DNA of 22,740 nucleotides from Octopus sinensis (lineage: Eukaryota): assembly GCF_006345805.1 (NCBI RefSeq), contig NW_021823704.1:1-22740 (forward strand). The letters are read 5' to 3'. The translations under genes were made by a program, and so were the position numbers. A model generated the notes under the pieces. It was not told where the DNA came from. It did not search any database and saw nothing but the letters and a program-made list of their open reading frames with translations. Of this stretch, positions 7,335 to 21,172 are shown one piece after another (position 1 is the first letter of the stretch; each line of letters begins with the position of its first letter).

Positions 7335-7435
7335 AATAACAACAACAACAACAACTACAATAACGAGAACAAATACTACTGATGCTGCTGCTGCTGATGA
7401 TGATGATGATGATAATGATGCTGATGAAGGCTGAT
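7335..7435. repeat. (CAA)n/(GCT)n/(GAT)n trinucleotide repeats
   Basis: Directly visible. Confidence 0.85.
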
Positions 7436-7639
7436 GCTACTTGCAAGAACAACAATAGCTACAAGAAGAACAAATGAAGTCAATGGAATTAGGGAAGAGA
7501 AAAGGTTAAAAATTGATAGCAAACAACCGTCAATGGATTCAGTGGAGTGTAAATAAAATTGTTAATTATCGGCTGTGTTATAGATTTCGGTTGGCAATTG
7601 GAATGTACATACAAGCAACCCAACCAACCTCCAGTGCCC

Positions 7640-7681
7640 CCACATATATATATATAATATATATACAGACATGTATATTAT

Positions 7682-7751
<70 letters not shown>

Positions 7752-8420
7752 CAGAGAGAGAGAGACATATAGATGAATATATATATATACATATATATAC
7801 AGACATGTGTGTATATATATATATATAGACATGCATGCATGCATACACAATATGCAAGAACATCTGTGTGGCTATTTGGCACTCTTTCCCTGTCAGAAAC
7901 ACACATTTACATACATACATACAATACATACATATATACATACATACATACATGCATACATATGCATATATACGTATGTATATGTATATATATATATGCA
8001 TATATATATATAGATAGATATATATATATATAAAGATATATATATACATACATATATATGTATGTATATATACATACATATTTAAATATATGTATATACG
8101 TATTCACACACGTTTATTTATATATATATATATACACACACACACTCGTACGTACACACACATACACACACGTACACATATATATATGTGCACACACATT
8201 ATTTATGTGTGTGTGTGTATTTTATGAGTGTATGTGTCATATATATATATATATGACACTCACTCACACACACACACATATATATATGTATATGTTTATA
8301 TTTATATATGTATGTTTATATATATTTCTGTATGTGTGTGTGCATGCATGCTTGTATGTATGTATATATGTGTGTATCTTTCAATGTGTGTATGTACGTA
8401 TACATGTATGTAGGTATGAC
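7640..8420. repeat. Compound (TA)n/(CATA)n/(CA)n/(TG)n microsatellite field
   Basis: Directly visible; explains the Y/I/V/C-rich ORFs. Confidence 0.95.
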
Positions 8421-8519
8421 ACATGTATAAAACATGAGATGTGTTTTAAAATATTGCGTAATACACTTCAGAATAAATTGACTCTGTGGATCAACGGGAG
8501 GTGATGGGGTGGCGGTCCG

Positions 8520-8910
8520 GCTGATAGGGGTGGTACTGATAGTGGTAATGGTGGTGCTGGAGGTGGTGCTGGAGGTGGTGATGGTGAGGTGAGTGGGTGG
8601 AGGTGACAGGGAATAGTGGCGTCGGATTGCGGAAGGAGTGAAGGAATGGTGGTGGTGATTGTGGTGATGGTGGTGGTGGTGGTGGTGGTGGTGTTAATGG
8701 GTTGTTGTAATGGTGGCGATGATGAAGATGATTAGGAAGATGATGATGATGATCATGATCATGATCATGATCATGATGATGGCGACGACGATAACGATGA
8801 TGATGATGATGATGATGATAGTGGTGGTTGTAGTGGTGGTTGTGGTGGTGGTGGTGGTGGTGGTGGTGGTGGTGATGATAATGATGATGATGATGATGAT
8901 GATGATAATG

Positions 8911-8942
<32 letters not shown>

Positions 8943-9118
8943 GAAGATGATGAGGAGGAGGAGGAGGAGGAGGAGGAGGAGGATGACGGTGAAGATGACG
9001 GTGATGATGATGATGATGATGACGACGACGATGATGATAATGATTATGATGAAGATGATATTGATGATGATGATGATGATGATGATGATAATGACGACGA
9101 TGACGATGAGGATGATGG

Positions 9119-9153
<35 letters not shown>

Positions 9154-9350
9154 TTGATGATAATGATGACGACGACGACGGCGGCGGCGGCGACGATGAC
9201 AATAATGACTATGGTGATGAGCATAATGATGATGATGATGATGGTGATGGTGAATGATGAAGATGATTATGATGATGATGATGATGACGACGACTACGGC
9301 GACGACGGCGACTACGGCGACGACGGCGACTACGGCGACGACGGCGGCAG
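8520..9350. repeat. (GGT)n/(GAT)n/(GAG)n/(GAC)n trinucleotide field ending in three 18-bp units (gactacggcgacgacggc, 9292-9345)
   Basis: Directly visible; the poly-M/poly-I ORFs are artefacts of this repeat. Confidence 0.95.
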
Positions 9351-9574
9351 CGATGCTGCTAATCCCTGCTAATGAATGTATAATGATGACAATTTGACAC
9401 TGACGTCATAACAGTAACACCATCACACCGATATCATATTGATGGCGATAATTCTCTACTGTCCTATCACCATATTGTTTGTTCTTCCTCTTATTGTTGT
9501 TTTTGCTGTTGCTGTTGTATTTTTGTTGTTTCTGCTATTTCTGGTGGTTGCTGGTGTTTTGTTTTTGGTTTCTG

Positions 9575-9600
9575 TTGTTCTTGTAATTATCATGGTTATT

Positions 9601-9674
<74 letters not shown>

Positions 9675-9687
9675 CATTATTATTATT

Positions 9688-9718
<31 letters not shown>

Positions 9719-9765
9719 CATTATTTTTTTATTATTATTATTATTATTATTTTATTATTATTATT

Positions 9766-9802
<37 letters not shown>

Positions 9803-9885
9803 TATTTTATTATCATCATCATTATTATTATTTTATTATTATTATTATTATTATCATCATTATTATTTTTATTATTATTATTATT

Positions 9886-9927
<42 letters not shown>

Positions 9928-9929
9928 TC

Positions 9930-9961
<32 letters not shown>

Positions 9962-9978
9962 TATCATCATCATCATCA

Positions 9979-10017
<39 letters not shown>

Positions 10018-10025
10018 TTTTATTA
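9575..10025. repeat. (ATT)n/(CAT)n trinucleotide field
   Basis: Directly visible. Confidence 0.95.
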
Positions 10026-10294
10026 TGCTTGTAATTTTATCAATTCCTCTTCGGTTGCTAAAAGAGAGAATTATAGCGAAACAGTGGACAAATATGGAAC
10101 TTGGCCAAGCAAACATCAACAACAACAGAAAGAATCCAATGAAACAGCCTCTCTGCGCCACCCCATCTACTAGAAATAACAGCCTAATCTCCATCATATC
10201 GTATCTTAGTATCTTTAACGGGAAAAAAGGAATAACGCATTTAATAATACAAAAAAAGAATTGTTTATATTTATGTACACGTAGTTGTCTGTTT

Positions 10295-10483
10295 GTGGAG
10301 GCGCAATGACCCAGTCGTTAGGGCAGCGGACACGCGGTCGGAGGATCGCGGTTTCGATTCCCAGACCGGGCGTTGTGTGAGTGTTATTGAGCGAAAACAC
10401 CTAAAAGCTCCACGAGGCTCCGGCAGGGGATGGTGGCGACCCCTGTTGTACTCTTTCGCCACAACATTCTCTCACTCCCTCTT
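10295..10483 (+). mobile_element. SINE family C, 5' half (3'-truncated)
   Basis: gtggaggcgcaatgacccagtcgttag (A-box-like) and ggtttcgattcc (B-box-like); its end overlaps the sequence at window positions 1-35. Confidence 0.8.
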
Positions 10484-10520
10484 ATTCGCGCTTATTATTA
10501 TAGATGTCATGGTCGGGACA

Positions 10521-10778
10521 GTGGAGGCGCGTGGGTTAGTGGTTAGGATGTCAGCATCATGATCGTAATATTGCGGTTTCGATTTCTGGACCGGGCGACG
10601 CGTTGTGTTCTTGAGCCAGACGCTTTATTTCACGTTGCTCCAGTCCACTCAGCTGGCAAAAATGAGTAACGCTGAGATGGACTGGCGTCCCGTCCAGCTG
10701 GGGGACACATATGCCATTGAAACCGGGAAACCGGGCCCATGAGCCTGGCTAGGCTTTAAAAGGGCTCATTTATTATTA
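10521..10778 (+). mobile_element. SINE family B, full length
   Basis: Homologous to the reverse complement of 598-847; tRNA-like head, gtccactcagctgg...aaatgagta and gatggactggcgtcccgtcca body motifs. Confidence 0.88.
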
Positions 10779-10784
10779 ACATAC

Positions 10785-10818
<34 letters not shown>

Positions 10819-10824
10819 ATATAG

Positions 10825-10855
<31 letters not shown>

Positions 10856-10944
10856 TGCATATATATAAATGGAGTTAAGAGCAGGTGTTATTCAAATCTT
10901 TTTACTTCCGACATATGTTTCGAAGAAAACATTGGTATTATTCT

Positions 10945-11003
10945 GGAAACCGGGCCCATGAGCCTGGCTAGCCTTTAAAAGGGCGCATCTTCTATTTATT
11001 ATT
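10945..11003 (+). mobile_element. Second copy of the family B SINE 3' end
   Basis: ggaaaccgggcccatgagcctggctagcctttaaaagggcgcat repeats 10726-10769 and is followed by a copy of the 14-bp left flank. Confidence 0.8.
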
Positions 11004-11542
11004 TCATGGTCGGGGCACATTTTAATATAGGTCTCCTGGGTTCATGCATGACACACAGTCAAACAACAACAACAACAACAACAACGGAAACGGCAACGGG
11101 TAACATAAGACCAGGATCTAATTCGTATTAACATGATCACACCAGAAAATATATTTAATCTCTTAATAATCAGCTTTAAAAAGAAATGTCTAGCCGCAAC
11201 GAATCACGTAAAGCCATCCTTAGAAGAAATAGAAGATGACAATAAGACAGCAATATGGAGCGTAATTTTTGAAAGAAAAAAACAACGATTTATTTTTGAT
11301 TTTTTTTTATGAAACTAAATTTTTATAATCAGTATTTGATTTTAATAATTAGCAACAGGCTGCTAAATTTAGATTGTATAATCTTACCATCTTGGGAACA
11401 TCGCCGTTGGTTTGTTTGATTGAGATTTGCGTGAGGTTGTTTTTAATGGCGAATTTGTGTTTAAATATTTCACACTATCGCCAATATGTGTGTGTATGTG
11501 TATGTTTTTATGTCCACATGTTTGCACTCATAACATACACAT

Positions 11543-13810
<2,268 letters not shown>

Positions 13811-13875
13811 TGTGTATGTGCATATATATACATATATATATATATGCATGTGTGTGTGTGTATATATATATATAG

Positions 13876-14056
13876 GGAGAATTCACAAAAAAAAAACAAA
13901 AGACGAACACAGGTGGTGTAGACAACAAAGAGATGTATTAGTATGACGCTCGGGAAGTGAAAAAGTCTTTAACGTTTCGAGCCGACGCTCTTCCACAGAA
14001 AGGAACACAGAAAGAAACAGGGAGAGAAAATAAAGAATGTGTAGTGACTAGCTATC
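13876..14056 (-). mobile_element. Probable Penelope-like terminal-repeat fragment containing an atypical hammerhead-like motif (13967-14002)
   Basis: Reverse complement CTTT-CTGTGGA-A-GAGC/gtcg/GCTC-GAAACGTT-AAAG, followed by a T-rich end typical of PLE pseudo-LTRs as I recall them. Confidence 0.55.
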
Positions 14057-14477
14057 TATATACACGCACGCATATATTTGTGTGTATATATATCCGTATG
14101 TACATATTCATATACTTGAACAGCTAGCTAGCAAGCAAGATGGATAGACAAACGCGCAGACTGAAAGACAGACAGATAGATTGAATGATTGATAGACAGA
14201 CGTGTGCGTGTCTGTGTATATATATATATATATATACGTACATACATATACGTGTGTGTGTGTTTATATAAATGCATACATATGCATACACAGAGAGAAC
14301 AAAGGAGAGAGTATAATATAGTGTATTACAGAAAGACTGTATTTTTCTTTTTTTGGTAGGAGTTATCTCTCTTGTCTAGCTCTGCAACCTACTGATTTTT
14401 GGAAAGTGGTTTCTTGGGTCTATGCAGACGCGCACACATGCACTCTTACACATACACTCAACCATTCGGATATTTGT

Positions 14478-14676
14478 TTCAAATTTTGGTATACGGTCAG
14501 CAATTTCGAGAAGAGGTTATATCGACCCCAGTCCTCAAATGGTACTTATTTTATCGACCCTAAAAGAAAAAATGCAACGTCGACCTCAGCGGAAACTGAA
14601 CTCAGAATGTAAAGATGGAGGAAATGTCGCTAAGCATTTTGCCCGGCATGCTAATGATTCTGCCAGCTCGCCGCCT
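14478..14676 (-). mobile_element. SINE family D variant (same head and core, different tail)
   Basis: atcgaccccagt...ggtactta...tatcgaccc...gaactcagaa...tctgccagctcgccgcct matches 1074-1228; the distal end differs (ttcaaattttggt...). Confidence 0.8.
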
Positions 14677-14940
14677 AACGCATGCTAGATATCAACAATT
14701 TAAGGGAAATAGGAAGACAGATGTGAGCTAGGAGAGTTAGGTTGGTTGAACGAGAAGAAGGATGGGCATTGGTGGAACGTCTTGAGAAAGAAATGAAAAT
14801 CTAAAAGGGTCGTGGGAAACATTAATCGAAAAGTTGCAATTATACTGTATGATGATCTATAAATGAACTACGTGTATCTAAGGATAGGTTCGCAAGAGAA
14901 CATTCTAGGTAAAGGTAAGGCCTATGGGAGGTCTCCAGTG

Positions 14941-15360
14941 TTTAAGTATGAATTTTCTATAATGCATACAAGGGTGGAGATCTCTGTACTTGCATTAAAA
15001 TACAGGCTTGGTTTCTTCATGACTCTAAGGGTTATACATTTTCTATTGTACAAAGATTGCATCTTTTGGTAGCATTCATCTATGATCTGAAATTTTTGAT
15101 AATCTTGCAGCTAATTCAAATTCTGTACCATTTTCTTTAAATTGCCGGTTGAAGCTTACATGTTCTGTCATGTATGTTGTTGTTTTTTTTTCGATATTAC
15201 TGAGTAATGCGCATACTTCGAAAGATGCAAGGGTTACCTTCTGCGTAACTATGATGGTTGTTTTGAAATTTTTCATCATGGGCAGACGATGTAACCTGAT
15301 GAATTTCCAAATCGTTGTTTGGATTCTGCGCTAGTAATTACAGTTGCACTTCTTTCCAGA
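14941..15360 (-). pseudogene. Decayed Penelope-like GIY-YIG endonuclease C-terminal remnant (copy 1)
   Basis: Minus-strand motifs in the expected order across stops and frameshifts: KKCNC (15334-15354), TTIIVTQKVT, SFN...NGTE, KRCNLCTIE (15041-15067), CMHYRKFILK (14941-14970). Confidence 0.7.
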
Positions 15361-15749
15361 AAATGTAATATATTTATGAACCTTTAGTAAACTTGCCCAC
15401 ATTTCTTATAGGGGGTATTCTTTATTTCGGAGTTATCAACCCAAAATCACTATGGTCCGTTATTAATAAAGAAGAACTGGAAGTACTCTGTTATCATTTA
15501 GTCGCGTGGTGGTGGTTACTTTTATCTATTAATGTGAGGTGCAGTGTGGGGTGCATTATGGATTTTCGTCGAGATAAGGACAAAACTCCATTCTTCAGGG
15601 TTAACCGGTTAATCTTTCCGCTAACCCCTCATTAAAATTCTTCGGTAAATTAACCAACGAGAAAATATCCTTACGGATATCAAGCTGAAATTAATCTTCA
15701 TAATGGCTGGATTTGAAATAAAAAGTGGAAACCGAAGACCAGATCCGCT

Positions 15750-16060
15750 CCAGTGATGTTGACATTATCGAAAAAAGCTCATCACTTTTCTTTAGGGCTG
15801 GTGTAGCTAATGAATAATATTAAGCTTCTCTGAAAGACAAAGATCACAATACATCGATCAATTCGTGAATGCTGGCGTTTTATCCAGTGTTATACAAGTG
15901 GTAGTTGTGGTTTTTTTTATCTCTCAATCACCAAATATATTTCGAAAATGTGGTGTTTTCAAGTGTGGCTGATATAATGAACTTTTGTGTTGACGTAGAA
16001 TTCTTATGAATGAGCGTTCTGTTAATACAGTATATCTTGCCGGTCCATTTTTAGTGGAGA
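15750..16060 (-). pseudogene. Decayed Penelope-like GIY-YIG endonuclease C-terminal remnant (copy 2)
   Basis: Minus-strand motifs: YTVLTERSF...QHKSS, SKYIW (15931-15945), CDLCLSEKL (15822-15848), CQH. Confidence 0.75.
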
Positions 16061-16289
16061 TCACCACTCGGTAAAGAACGCTTTTTTCTTCTTTTTTTTA
16101 AGCATTTTTCTTTCTTGTACGATAGTTCTATGTTACAGTATCTTCATATCGGTTCCTTTTGCACTTTGTCTGCAATAAATTTACATTGTGACTCATAGTG
16201 AGATATGACATTTTTTTACATACAACTATAGATTACCTTGATATTGTGTCTAGGAAATAAAGCATATTCAGTGACAAAGAATAGTGAAT

Positions 16290-16690
16290 AACAGCAGCAG
16301 GAACAATAATAACAACTAAAATACATTAATAAAAATAACAGCACCAGTAGACCATGCAGCAGCAGCAACAACAACAGCAATAACAGTAGCAATAATATTT
16401 TAAAATAGTAACACTAATAATAGTGACTGATTCGACAACAAAGTAATAGATAGTAACAACAATACTAGCAACAACAAATACAATGAGAATAGTAATAACA
16501 GCAATGAAAGGAACAATGAAAGTAATAAGACCAACAACACTAACATCAACTACAATACCAACAGCAATATCAGTAACTATAGTAACAATAGTGATAACAA
16601 CAACAAAACAACAACAACAACATCAATAACAACAGCTATTATAGGAACAACAGAAAAAAACCGTTGCTACAACAACAACTATTACTACTG

Positions 16691-16721
<31 letters not shown>

Positions 16722-17040
16722 GACCACTACTACTAATAACAGTAATAACAGCAACGGCAGCCAATGAAGCGACCACAACAACTACAACAACAACAATCAC
16801 ATCGTCATCAACAACAACAATAAAAGTAACAGCCGCATCATCATCATCATCATTAATACAACAATAACAACAATAACCAGAACGCTAACAGCCACAGCAG
16901 CAACAACAACAATTGTAACAACATCATCATCATCATCAACAGCAACAGCAACGGCATTAACAACCACAGCAGCGACAACAGCAACAATAGTAACTACGAC
17001 AACAACAGCAACAACGAGAACAACAGCAGCAGCAACCACG
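16290..17040. repeat. Degenerate (CAA)n/(CAG)n/(TAC)n/(CAT)n trinucleotide patchwork
   Basis: Directly visible. Confidence 0.9.
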
Positions 17041-17190
17041 ACAGAAGAGGAAGTCCATAGAAATAAATCTATTGTCAGATGTAAAAAGGAAGAAAGAAAA
17101 AACGTTTAGTTTGGTTTAAGAATGTAAATGTTGCTCGCAGACATTTTCTCTCATTCCAACATAGAATTCACTGAACAACAGTTTAGCACG

Positions 17191-17304
17191 GTTGTCATGG
17201 TAACCAACCAATGAAATTTGGCTCTGTAGAACCAAACAAAAGTAATCAATAAAATACATATTAATGATTGCTTTCCACTAGTCACGTGATCCGTCACGTG
17301 ACGT
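17191..17304. promoter_or_regulatory. Promoter-like motif cluster: RFX X-box, CCAAT box and two GTCACGTGA(C/T) E-boxes
   Basis: GTTGTCATGGTAAC 17191-17204; CCAAT 17208-17212; GTCACGTGAT 17281-17290; GTCACGTGAC 17293-17302. Lies in non-repetitive sequence with locally frequent CpG. Confidence 0.55.
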
Positions 17305-17672
17305 AGCCATGTCAGGCCTTCCGATATAACTGGTATTTTCCGTCATTTTTTTTTTGTCAGTTTTTTTTTTTCTCAATATCCTACCTCATCTTCTCTTCCT
17401 CGCCTACGCCTCGCCATCATAGACTGTATATGCTTATAATGTGTACGGCCGCGGATGTACAATGCTCTGAATGTTTTCTACCAAGTGTTTGTAGAGAATG
17501 AACACAGGATTAAATTTATAACTTAAGTATATATATATATATATATATATATAGTGACGTATATTTGCCATTTGAATATGGCTAACCCCTAAGGGTGGAT
17601 GCTGCTGTAGTTTGTAGCCCCAGGAAGACACCTCCTCCAGCTGGCTATAGACACACTTTCTGTGCCCTATCA

Positions 17673-17806
17673 GTATTTGTGAAGGGAAGTCATCCTTCCC
17701 GTCTTCAACTTATGATACACACGGACTCGAGTTTCAAGGTGTTTACCTCTCATCGGCGTGTGACAATCATAGTTGTCGACGAGAAGTCAGTTTCCTTCAC
17801 AAATAC
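17673..17806. repeat. Imperfect inverted repeat with ~50-bp arms, inside an unclassified GC-richer segment (about 17575-17810)
   Basis: Outer 13 bp are perfect (gtatttgtgaagg / ccttcacaaatac); similarity continues through cttc.cgtc..caact.atga...cacacg. Confidence 0.65.
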
Positions 17807-17914
17807 ATATACTTTTTCTAGTATCGATTGACACTGATATTGAAAAAGTTAAATCAAACAATGATAATCTGAGAGCGAGTTATAAACATATATATATATA
17901 TATATATATATATG

Positions 17915-19116
17915 CAGGTGTTGGACAAAATAATGGAAATGCCTTAAAATTTCAAACAGATTTATTTTAATATGGAGTAGGACCGCCTTTGGCAGTAATT
18001 ACGCCTTGAATTCTACGAGGTATAGATTCGTAAAAGTTTGAATTATTTCCAAAGGAATTTCTGTCGATTCTTCAGCTAAAACAGTCTCCAGTTCTTGTAG
18101 TGGTGATGGAAGAGGATATCGACTCCTTACATGTTTTCCTAAAATGCACCATAAATGTTCAATAATATTGAGATCTGGGGACTATGGTGGCCAGATAACA
18201 TGTTCCACTTCACTAGAATGTTCCTCGTAAAAATTTTAGCTGTGTGAGTTGGGGTATTATCGTTCTGAAAGATTACGTTTCCCTCTGGAAATATTTGATT
18301 GGATAAAATGCTTAAATAATCTTATCTATTAATTCTACCATAAAGGGAAACCATTGGGTCGGCGGATTTCCAAGATATAACCCCACCAGATCATCACAGA
18401 TTCTCGTACATGTTTAAAAGTTGGAAGAAAGCAGTCTGGCTCTAATGCTTCTTTTGGCTATCTCCACACGTATACTCGGCCGGTGGTCGGAAATAAGGTA
18501 AAGGATGACTCGTCCGAGAAAACAACATGTTTCCACTGCTCTAGGGACCAGTTCAGTAGGTTTTTACTCCACTCTAAATGCTTTGCAACGTTTGTTTTTG
18601 AAAGTAGTAGGTTTCTGATTGCAGCCCACCCGTGAAATCCGGCTTTTTGCAGCTCCCAGTGAACAGTTTTTGTGGAATCTGAGTTCTCGAGGTGGTCATT
18701 AAACTCTGCTGTACTTTTGTGATCCTTTCTAATAATTCGCGTAAGATTCTAATGGTCCCTATCTGAAAGTTTTTGTTTTCTTCCAGAGTTTTGTTTCGAC
18801 GAGGAGGGTTTTATTCCCTCTTTCTGAAAGGCTGTCATTACTTTCGAGACAGTACTTCTTGATACACCAAACATTTCGGCTACTTTCGTTACGCTAGCGC
18901 CTGCCATACGAGCACCAACAATTTGACATCTTTGAAATTTGATAGATCTGTCATTTTATTGAATATTGATATCAGAAACAGCAATTTTAGCAATACATAT
19001 TAAGCAACACTAATAATAAATAAAAAAACAAAAATAAACAAGCTTTTAACGGTTTTATAGATATTTCAAAAATTATGCTATAACGCTAGGTGTTTCCATT
19101 ATTTTGTCCAACCCTG
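17915..19116 (-). mobile_element. Tc1/mariner-superfamily (Tc1-like) DNA transposon, near full length, decayed
   Basis: TIRs caggtgttggacaaaataatggaaatgcct (17915-17944) and the reverse complement cagggttggacaaaataatggaaacacct (19088-19116) enclose a transposase remnant. Confidence 0.95.
17967..18954 (-). pseudogene. Tc1-type DDE transposase pseudogene with stops, frameshifts and small deletions
   Basis: MTDLSNF..QIVGARMAGASVTKVAEMFGVSRSTVSKV (HTH); WKHVVFSDESSF (18506-18520 for FSDES); IFQNDNTPTH; WPP*SPDLNIIEHLW; IPRRIQGVITAKGGPTPY*. Confidence 0.95.
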
Positions 19117-19148
19117 TGTATGTATGCATATATATGTATATGTATATA

Positions 19149-19179
<31 letters not shown>

Positions 19180-19206
19180 CTATATATATATATATATATA
19201 TATATA

Positions 19207-19582
19207 TTCTTTTACTAGTTTCTGTCATTTCACTGCAGCCATGCTGGAGCACCACCTTTAATCGAACAAATCGACACCAGGAATTATTCTTTGTAAGCCT
19301 AGTACTAATTCAGTCGGTCACTTTTGCTGAACCGCTAAGTGACGGGGACGTAAACACACAAACATCGGTTGTCAAGTGATGGTGGGGGGTACAAACACAG
19401 ACACAAATAACAAATACATACATATACATATATGTATACGACGAGCTTCTTTCAGTTTCCATCTACCAAATCTACTCACAAGGCTTTGGTCGGCCCGTGG
19501 CTAAAGTAGAATACACTTGCCCAAGGTGCCACGCAGTGGGACTGAACCCGGAACCGTGTGGGTAGGAAACACATCGTTACAC
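19207..19582 (-). mobile_element. SINE family A, next to (TA)n, head end decayed
   Basis: Aligns with 2317-2717 from the tail through gaacccggaacc. Confidence 0.88.
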
Positions 19583-19699
19583 GTCCATGCCAGTAGTATT
19601 TATATCCATAATGTTGATGATATCAGGTAGGTGCAGGCGGTGCCCGTGCTTTAATCAGCATACTACCAGGTGTATACCCACGTGTAAAATAATTACCCA

Positions 19700-20140
19700 C
19701 ATTCTTAGATATACATACATATACATACACATACGTACGAGCATATATACATAAACGCATAATATGTATAAATAAATACATATACATACATACACAGATA
19801 CACATACATACATACATACATACATACATACATGCATGCATGCATACATCCATACATACATACATGCATACATACATACATACATACATCTATACATCCA
19901 GCCATCCATCCATACATACATACATATATACATGCATACATACATACATACATACATGCATACTTCCATGTATCCATACATACATCCATACATACATACA
20001 TACATATATACATACATACAAACATACATACATACATACATCTATACACACATCCATCCATACATACATACATACATCCATCCATACATACATACATACA
20101 TACATATTTCCATACATACATTCATACATACATACATACA

Positions 20141-20174
<34 letters not shown>

Positions 20175-20495
20175 CATACATGCATACATACATACATACA
20201 TACATACATACATACATACATACATGCATACACATATACATACATACATACATCCATCCATCCATCCATACATACATACATACATACATACATACATACA
20301 TACATACATACATACATGCATGCATACATATATACATACATACATACATACATACATGCATGCATACATATATACATACATACATACATACGTACATACA
20401 TACATGCATGCATACATATATACATACATACATATATACATACATACATGCATACTTACATACACACATACATACATACATACATACATACATAC

Positions 20496-20556
<61 letters not shown>

Positions 20557-20586
20557 CATACGTACATACATACATACATACATACA
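19700..20586. repeat. Long (CATA)n/(CATC)n tetranucleotide array
   Basis: Directly visible; explains the HTYI/MYVC ORFs. Confidence 0.97.
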
Positions 20587-20744
20587 AAGCTTTACAACCT
20601 AATAGGCTGGACCTACTGGTTTGTACAATCGAAATGTTCTCTGTATTAATAAATGTATATAATTCTGTATTCCATTGTATTGAATGCCATTCTTTCGTGA
20701 ATGGTCTCTATAATCACTGGATTACAAGTCATATATGTGTACTA

Positions 20745-21172
20745 CTGTATGCGTGTGTGTGTGTGTATACACACACACACATATATATATATATATATGT
20801 TCACACACGCACATATATATATATACATACATACGTACATATATACATACATGCACACATGCACACATGCATATATGCATGCATACATGCATAGAGGCAT
20901 GAGTACGTGCATACATGCGTACATATACACATGCATACATACATGCATACATACATGTATATGTGCACTGCTGTGTATATATATATATTTATATACACAT
21001 ATATGCGTGTGTAAACACACAACGACATTCCTATATGACAGACCGACCAGTAGATGGATAGATAGATAGACAGATAGATAGATAGATATAGATAGATGAT
21101 AGATAGATAGATATAGATAGATAGATAGATAGATAGAATAGATAGATAGATAGATAGATAGATATATAGATA
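20745..21172. repeat. TA/CA/TG microsatellite mix followed by (GATA)n (21056-21172)
   Basis: Directly visible. Confidence 0.92.

Noticed and set aside
9401-9408. Single TGACGTCA site
   Set aside because: An isolated 8-mer between microsatellites is expected by chance.
10030-10175. Protein-like stretch after the (ATT)n field (SSVAKRENYSETVDKYGTWPSKH...)
   Set aside because: No good acceptor and no recognisable homology; cannot be supported as an exon.
17100-17145. Minus-strand MSASNIYILKPN near the promoter-like cluster, loosely like the N-terminus of AP-1 mu
   Set aside because: Stops after 12 codons with no splice donor; the resemblance is too short to be meaningful.
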